From Schizochytrium sp. TIO01 (lineage: Eukaryota > Protista > Bigyra: Labyrinthulomycetes): a stretch of 64,000 nt of DNA. The stretch lies in the NCBI GenBank assembly GCA_004764695.1, contig SMSO01000037.1, forward strand, positions 4,068,747-4,132,746, given 5' to 3'. The translations under genes and the position numbers were made by a program. Positions 56,900-64,000 of the stretch are shown here, in pieces. Each line of letters opens with the position of its first letter. Positions within the stretch are counted from its first letter, which is position 1. Under the pieces are notes generated by a model. The model saw only the letters and a list, made by a program, of their open reading frames with translations. It did not search any database and was not told the DNA's origin.

Positions 56900-59673
56900 A
56901 TGCGTTGGCAGGGCTTGGTTGCCTTACATGTGATTCAATGCCTCGCAGTTGTCTACGTTGCTTGCTCAGTACTTGCCCTAGATTTACCTGCACCACCATG
57001 GCGAAGCATCGCAGAAACACCGACCAAAAGCCACGAAGGTGACAAACATGCAAGCCCAAGAGCAGAGCATACGGTAGGAAACATGGCAATAGGAATCGAG
57101 GACTCATCGCCAGCATATGGAAGATTAGTTGTAATGCTTGTAGACGCTTTGCGCGAGGATTTTGTCCATAATCGCTCGGAAATGAGGTATGTTAGACAGC
57201 TCTTACGAGAGGAGCCACAAAGAACTGCCTCATTTGTTTCTGATGCAAACACACCCACGGTCACAATGCCCAGGATTAAGGCGCTGACGACGGGTGGAGT
57301 TCCTCGCTTTATCGATGTCATAAATAACTTAGACTCCAAAAGTTTGACACAAGATAATCTTATTGACAGATTTTACATGTCGAACCGAAAACTTGTCATG
57401 TACGGCGATGAAACCTGGCTCAAACTATTCCCTCGACAATTTATGCGCGCAGACGGAACAAGTAGTTTCTTCACAAAAGACTTCACGGAAGTTGATGACA
57501 ATGTAACTCGTCACCTTGCAGAGGATTTTGATCCCACTATGCAACATCCAGCCTCGCAGGATTGGGATATTGCAATACTTCATTACCTTGGACTTGACCA
57601 TATTGGCCATACGTTAGGACCCAGTTCACCACAGCTCGGCATTAAATTAACCGAAATGGATCGGATTTTTGAGGAGTTACATCGGTCATTGCGGCAACAA
57701 GATAGACTTCGGGCCAAACAACGTTGTTCCTCTATGGAGGAGTCTCGAGCCCAGCGACAATGTGATACGATGGGGAATGCTCTACCAACGCTGCTCTTGC
57801 TCCTCAGTGATCATGGTATGAATAAAGTGGGCAATCACGGTGGGGCCTCTATCCCAGAGACCAGTGCTTTCATGATGTTTAGTCATGTAGGCGCCCATCC
57901 TCCCGCTTACGCAAATACGCATGAAGAGGTACCAAAATCGGCAGAAGCAGGAATGAATGCGCGTCACCATATGGCACAAGTCGACCTTGTTCCAACTCTC
58001 GGGTCCTTATTTGGTGTAGGTATTCCAGAGAGTAGTGTAGGAAATACACTATATGAACCATTTGAAATACTCACAGATAGTCGAGATAAGCAACGTCGCT
58101 ACGAAGCTGCATTGAGGGAAAACGCGGCCCACTTAGAGGCGTTAATGGATCAGGATGCTCCATACCTGTACGATGAAGAGTTGAAAGCTACTCGTGCAAC
58201 GAGTCTTGCCAACTTTGTACAAAAAGCCCACTCTAAAATTTATACCGCACGCCTTGGAAGCAGTGTTGGAGATGAAACAGGTGCAGCAAAGGAATCAGTT
58301 AAACTCGCTACAGCTGTTGGCGCTTTGGGTACCATATGTATATTTGGCTTTGCGAATCTTGTAAGATGGAGAGAGGTCGAATATCCGGCCCTAACTCTGT
58401 TCGGTGTGATTTTAATTCATACGGTAAGTTGTATTGAATACATGCCATTTTCAGAATCTTTGCTAAAAGGAACAATAATCTGACTTCACATCATTTATTG
58501 AATTATAGTTAAGTTTAACAAGCTCTTCTGCAATAGAGAATGAACATGTGGTATGGAATTTTTTCTTACTTAGCTGGCTTGTTGGGCGCTTCTTTATGGA
58601 CATTCGAGAATGCAAAAGAAATCACAAATTGTCAGCACAGATAAACTTTGCTTTTCCTCTCGGTGTAGTGCTACTTCGATTGCTCCGCGAACGGCTCATG
58701 GTCATAAACTTCGCTAAGATAGCAGGGCAGGATGACGAAGGCAACTTTGTAGATGAAGGGACGGCAGTACTTGTGTTGAACCCCCAAGCTATATATGCCC
58801 TGTACGATCAGCTTTTTCCTTTTGGCCTACTTCACGGGTTCAGTTTACCGAATTGCTTGCTTAACCCAATTATCGAAGCTTTGTGCGTTTTTTGCAACAA
58901 GCACGATACTTATTGCAGGGATACTTTTAGCCAGTCTTAAAATACAAGAGCTACCGCGTGAAATGACAGTGTTTGGGCTCAACGAACTATGGAGGGCTCG
59001 CGCAGCATATGCCTGTGTATTTAGTATGGTAAGCCTGGCTATAAAAACTCGCTCTAGAACTCCAAACAAGAAGGAAAGAATGATTGGGAACAGAGATTCA
59101 TGGGAGCTTGGTATGTTAGGTCTCGAAGTACTCCTCTTGTTATTACATCGCAATACATCTACCGTGATTATTTGTGGAGCTATTGTTGTTACAAGAGCTT
59201 TTGCGTTTTGGCAAGAACTGATTGGCGCTTCCCCATCAGAGACGCTTCTTCTGCAGTGGATCATTGGCCAATGCATATTCTTTGCACTTGGTAATTCTCA
59301 TGTCGTATCAACCGTGGACATCAGTGGTGCATATACTGGATTATCTGATTACAACCAGTACCTCGTTGGATTTTTGACATTTGTGATTACATTTACAGGA
59401 CCCATCCTTGGGCTCGCTAATGCGACGCGAAATATAACAATTCAGTACGAACGCACACCAACCACTGACCAGGCAAGCGCCTTAAATTTGTTTCTAGTCT
59501 GTGCTGGTTGGCGAATTACACTTGCCAGTGCTGTTCTTGTTGCAATGCGCACTCACTTATTTATCTGGTCAGTTTTTGCTCCAAAATGGATGCTTGAAAC
59601 GATGCTCTTCTTTTTCCAGATTGCTGCGGGTCTTGTGCTTCGTTCCTCGTTCTGTTCATCGCATCTCACTTAG
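56900..59673 (+). CDS. PIGG: GPI ethanolamine phosphate transferase 2 (Gpi7); intron 58424-58508; apparent +1 frameshift near 58781-58785
   Basis: Motifs VDALREDF, PTVTMPRIKALTTG, YGDETWLKLFP, HYLGLDHIGH and SDHGM..GNHGG. Splicing gives HT|LSLTSSSAIENEH. C-terminal FFALGNSH..STVDISGAY and MRTHLFIWSVFAPK. Confidence 0.88.
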
Positions 59674-60449
59674 ATTGTACCGTCACTTCGATCCACAAGC
59701 TGGTAAGGGGACTCCTCTGACTCTTGGCACACCCACCAACGCTGGCCATCTTTTTGGCCAGGTAATTTCTCAAGCTCTTGCGCAACTAGAGGGTGTCTAG
59801 GAACAAGAATTTTGGTTTTGTATAATATTGGTCCTCCATCGACGACAAGAGTGTGATATTCGCCGTTTTCGCCACATAAATCTAGTCCCTGGGCTTCAAA
59901 AGGGGATAGTGTTGTCAAGGCGGCACCATCCAGTTGACGCCCAATCCACGAACCATCAAAGTATGGGCTCTTGACGCAGCTGAAGCGAATATCGAACCCT
60001 CGAGCCCACATCTCCTGAAGTGCTTCGCGCCTAGTGACTTGCCACAGTGGTAGCCAGCACGAAACACCACATTCAGTCTTCTCACACACATCGGTAACAA
60101 AATTTACTTTGCTCGTCCCGATGAGATCAATATCTCCTGTAATAATAAGATCAATCTTATGTGTTTCTCTCATTTCTTGTAATGCCGCTCCGTATGCTTG
60201 AAGATAGCTTCCATGTTTTTCGGCGTCCACAACAAACATCCACAGTGGCAGCCCGAGCGCCTCTGCTTGCTGATATTGGATCTTTATTGGATGTGCCTTG
60301 AAGCGAGGTTGGCCTGGAGGATGAAAGCACACCAGACCTACCACTTCTAAATCGCTCCTTTCATATGCTCGAGCAATTGCCAGGTGACAGTCTTTACCAC
60401 CTGTGAACGATACTACCGCCCTTTGTCGCGGTTTGTGGTCACTTCCCAT
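59670..60449 (-). CDS. PP-loop ATPase of the diphthine-ammonia ligase (Dph6/MJ0570) domain family, prokaryote-like
   Basis: Motifs SFTGGKD, ITGDI, PLWQ and DLCGENGEYHTLVVDG. ATG at 60449. Confidence 0.85.
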   Translation of the reverse strand: MGSDHKPRQRAVVSFTGGKDCHLAIARAYERSDLEVVGLVCFHPPGQPRFKAHPIKIQYQQAEALGLPLWMFVVDAEKHGSYLQAYGAALQEMRETHKIDLIITGDIDLIGTSKVNFVTDVCEKTECGVSCWLPLWQVTRREALQEMWARGFDIRFSCVKSPYFDGSWIGRQLDGAALTTLSPFEAQGLDLCGENGEYHTLVVDGGPILYKTKILVPRHPLVAQELEKLPGQKDGQRWWVCQESEESPYQLVDRSDGTI

Positions 60450-61704
60450 CTTTAGAGTTGCTATCCTTTGCCAGACAACGGGAAACGTTTGCAACACAGT
60501 TTTCGCAAAAGACGCCTTGGTGCTGCCAATCTCGTGTACAGTATGTAGCGAGCAAGCTCTCAAGACGAACGCGAGCTTGGACAATGCTCTGCTTTGGCGT
60601 GTGGTGGATCAAGCATCACACACATGGAATTCTTCAAGAAAGTAGTTTTAGTATCTAACTACATAGAACCTCCAGGACTAATTTTTTCATCTCGTTAAGT
60701 TTGCGTGTGGTTGGTACCTAAATACACCTACTTTGTTAAATTTCTTCATCGTGAAGGGTAGGTAGGTACATTAGTATACCTGAGCGACCACTGGCAATTT
60801 CGAGCTACAACTTCAACTTTTAGTGGAGCGACTACGATCCACCTTGCATCGCTCTGAGAGCACTCGTGCATTTCTTTGAATGTACGTCACTGTGCCTCCT
60901 TTCGTATGGTCTACATAAAATAGCAAGTGTTTTGATTTGCAATCTGGAAGCATTAGTAGTGCCTAAGTGTTACTATTAGGTAAGTAAGAAGGCCATTCAA
61001 CACAATAAAATAGGAACTCAGCCACTCACTCCTTTGCCTGTGAGTACATAATGTCTTCACAGCTCTGCATGTGAGGCTGGACCTGCGTCACCTTTCTTTG
61101 ACTCAGGCTGAGTTGGCCTCGTTCATGTGCGTTTTCGTCGAGGTTTGAGAAGTCTGCAATAAAAATATTCTTTCGCTCTAATCTAAAAGGATCGTTTCGT
61201 TCTCTTCGGTGTTTCCCCTGTTCCCTTATAAAATCACTTCCGCAATCAAATTCGATGAAACATCATCATTTATTGATTGCTCGTTCGTTCACAAGCAAAG
61301 CTTTTGCAACCTCTTCAGCTATAGCAATTCCCGTGTTACGGGCCTGTGCTCAGCGTTGAGGGCGGGGTGACAAGGTACCTCTCTTGACTTTCACGAAGGT
61401 TCTAGTGGCCACAGAAGTAGGCCATCATCGTCCTCGACAAGCAATTAGATCCCTCGAGATACGCAGCCACTAAGAACTCTCAAAGTGCTTTCACAATTGA
61501 TGTAGAGACCCTCATTAGCTTTCGTAAGCTCCTTGAAAGAGCCTCTAAAGGCCTTGATCTCTGTCTTAGACCTCAGTATCTGTTGATAAATCTGTGAGTA
61601 GAAGACAACAAAAACGAGTCCGCGAAATACACCTTCCTATTGGTACTCGTAGAATCAGGTAATAATCTTAGAGCTTGTTGTGCAGAGGCATTGATACATA
61701 AACA

Positions 61705-62934
61705 ATGGCACCGTGCGATAAACTCAACGAGGCAGGATGGATGGCACGTCTACATGAAAAAATCTATCCATCAAAATCACGTTATTATTGGTATCGAACA
61801 GGGAGAATTCACACAAACTCTCTGATCACCAAGAGCCTGAAATTTGTGATCCTCTCGATTATTGCCGCAGGAGCAGCCTCAGGCTCGCTTATGTTCTGTT
61901 TTGTTACATTGTTTGTGGCAATGCTGAAAGAGTTTTCCTCATACAAGCATAGCCAACCCAGCAATATACTCAGCCTTGTACAGAACAACGTAATGCACAT
62001 GAACATTAGTCTCGATGGCATTCGAGAAACCGTTCACAATGTGTCAAACAACAACTTCACTGGATCAGTCTTGCACGATGCGCGAGAGGCTATCCAGGAC
62101 AATGTAACCCCAGACTATATTCTTGAGCTATGTAAGGACCCTTTCTTCATCACACCCGCTGTTCTATTTTCTGGTCTCTGCACACTCTTCATCTATTATA
62201 AGACTGCAGCTACGATTCATCATGAGTTCTATGTAGTGCGGCGGCATGAATCAGCACTATGGAAGATTCAACCTAAGTTTCCTCCAGAAGATATGTGGCG
62301 CGAAGAGGTCTATTCTGGCTGTATGAACTCATTCTTCTCTGGTGCTCTTGGAACATCACTCTTTATCTGGCACCAAAATTCTGGTATCTTCAAACTTCAC
62401 TATACCACTGGGGTTTATGGCCTTGCGCATTACTTTGTTAGCTGTGTGCTTGTCTACTTTTGGATTGATTTTGTGAGCTACTGGATCCACAGGGCACTGC
62501 ATTATAAGAAGATTTACAAATACATTCACAAGTGGCACCATCGTTACAAGCAACCAACTGCGTTTGGGGCTTATGCGATGCACCCTTTGGAATACTTGTC
62601 TTATCAAATTGGTGGCATGTTCTATGCTGTAATATTCCCTGTGCATGTAATGGCGTTTCTGACTGTTGCCATCTGGATCGCCTACCACGCTCAAGTAGAC
62701 CATTCTGGCGTTGATTTTGACGGCGACCTCCCATGGGTACCTTCTTCGCAATTTCATGACAACCATCACGAATTTTTCCATCTCAACTACGGTTTTACCA
62801 TGGTCCTTTGGGACTGGATGTTCGGAACTCTTCGCCAAAGCGACCGCAGGTACGCCGAAGACCTTTTCGAAGGTGAGCAGGATATCGTCCCACCGGTTGA
62901 GAGCTGCAAGCAAGCCAAGATCAAACTTACCTGA
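61705..62934 (+). CDS. Sterol desaturase/fatty acid hydroxylase superfamily protein (ERG3/SC5D-like)
   Basis: His boxes YWIHRALH, IHKWHH and FHDNHH..NYG..WDWMFGT, plus PTAFGAYAMHPLE. Confidence 0.88.
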   Translation: MAPCDKLNEAGWMARLHEKIYPSKSRYYWYRTGRIHTNSLITKSLKFVILSIIAAGAASGSLMFCFVTLFVAMLKEFSSYKHSQPSNILSLVQNNVMHMNISLDGIRETVHNVSNNNFTGSVLHDAREAIQDNVTPDYILELCKDPFFITPAVLFSGLCTLFIYYKTAATIHHEFYVVRRHESALWKIQPKFPPEDMWREEVYSGCMNSFFSGALGTSLFIWHQNSGIFKLHYTTGVYGLAHYFVSCVLVYFWIDFVSYWIHRALHYKKIYKYIHKWHHRYKQPTAFGAYAMHPLEYLSYQIGGMFYAVIFPVHVMAFLTVAIWIAYHAQVDHSGVDFDGDLPWVPSSQFHDNHHEFFHLNYGFTMVLWDWMFGTLRQSDRRYAEDLFEGEQDIVPPVESCKQAKIKLT

Positions 62935-64000
62935 TCTATGTTTAACCAAAATTGTATGTTACCTTTTCCTACTTAGGATTTCCCTTGTTTCATACCTATT
63001 TTATTCTGCATTGGGGACTTGTGCCTTTAGTGAATACAGCTCCCCTTCGCTCGTACCAGTCGAATGATAATCAGAAAAGAATAAAGCTTCTACTTGCTTC
63101 ACATTATTCTAACCTGGAAATGAGATATCATGGTAAAGGCACGGTGCAAAATTAATTAAAATCGTCATTCTACCAAAGTGCTAAGAGTATCGATGCGACA
63201 GAGCTTATGGAGGTTCACACTGACTAGCCGTTCAACCCACGCTCTAGAGCTGACTCGCAACTCTCCTTGCTGAAATGTGTCACTCAAGGTCTGCTCCAGC
63301 AAATAACCCAGTCACTCCAATCCACTTTAAATAAGTAGTACTGCTTGCACGCAGTTCTCTCTGTGCCTAAATTTACATCTACATCACCTCTGCAAAAGCG
63401 TCTGCGATCGCCATTTCAATCGTTCTACATGTCGTCTCCGCTGTTCTATTGTTCTAATGAGCAAGCTTTTGCAATATGGAGTACCGCCGGAGAATGTTCC
63501 AGAAGGCAAAAGTTCTCCCGATCTCCCGAGCGCGGACTTTTTTTCTGTCATAGTGCTACGAAGGTAGGTAGTCAGCCCTATTCGCACTCCTTATTCTTCG
63601 TTCTTTGTGCTTCTCTACTGATGAATTTAGGTCCTCGATTCTAAGTGAGTATTGAGACTCAATCGAGCAACACATTTAAGTTCCGCACACACCAAAGCTT
63701 AATCTCTGCGAAGAGCTCGGGCTTAAGAGGAGATCCGACGACACTCTCCGTACTCTTTCGAAGCACGTTTGCTATCGCTGTGTTCTTAAAGTTTCTGATT
63801 TGTTGGGAAAGTAAATTCAGAAACCAAAACCAGAATCGGTGACTTTCACTCATCAACCTTTGGCTTCTTCTCCTACGCTCTTAACATCCTCTTGTTCTCT
63901 ACAAAGACCTGGCAGAGGATTGTTTCGTTTTCTGAAAATAAAAAGCAAGCTCTGGTACAGATCCTAAGAATAACTTTTTGTGTCATCTTAACCATTAACA

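Noticed and set aside
21409-62934. Lipid/GPI gene cluster (PIGQ, ceramidase, esterases, PIGG, desaturase)
   Set aside because: The genes are spread over 40 kb among unrelated housekeeping genes, with no evidence of functional clustering.
63345-63856. Short ORFs at the window end, including a VPKF resemblance to Fanzor
   Set aside because: No flanking RuvC or zinc-finger motifs; likely chance.

Overview
Eukaryotic nuclear DNA with few introns, compact gene spacing and canonical GT-AG introns. Gene style and content suggest a stramenopile protist such as a thraustochytrid, but this is inference only. Recognisable genes: a window-truncated AIG1/Era-like P-loop GTPase, a triple-SH3 protein with a 30-bp coding repeat, SKI2, a YqaJ/lambda-exonuclease-domain protein, PIG-Q, Sec61-gamma, a spliced SDR, an EF-hand Ca2+/cation exchanger, alkaline ceramidase, SEC3, a three-exon CCDC28-like gene, DNA2, three tandem tRNA-His(GTG), an ankyrin protein, two paralogous HSL-family esterases, PIG-G, a prokaryote-type Dph6-like PP-loop ATPase and an ERG3-like desaturase. 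The most notable signal does not appear as an intact ORF. Two decayed, mutually homologous copies of a Fanzor2/TnpB-like RNA-guided nuclease gene lie at about 2.05-2.77 kb and 53.34-54.39 kb. They retain RuvC-I/II/III and zinc-finger motifs and share a 3' terminal motif where the omega-RNA/right end is expected. All family calls come from motif recognition by eye; no searches were run.
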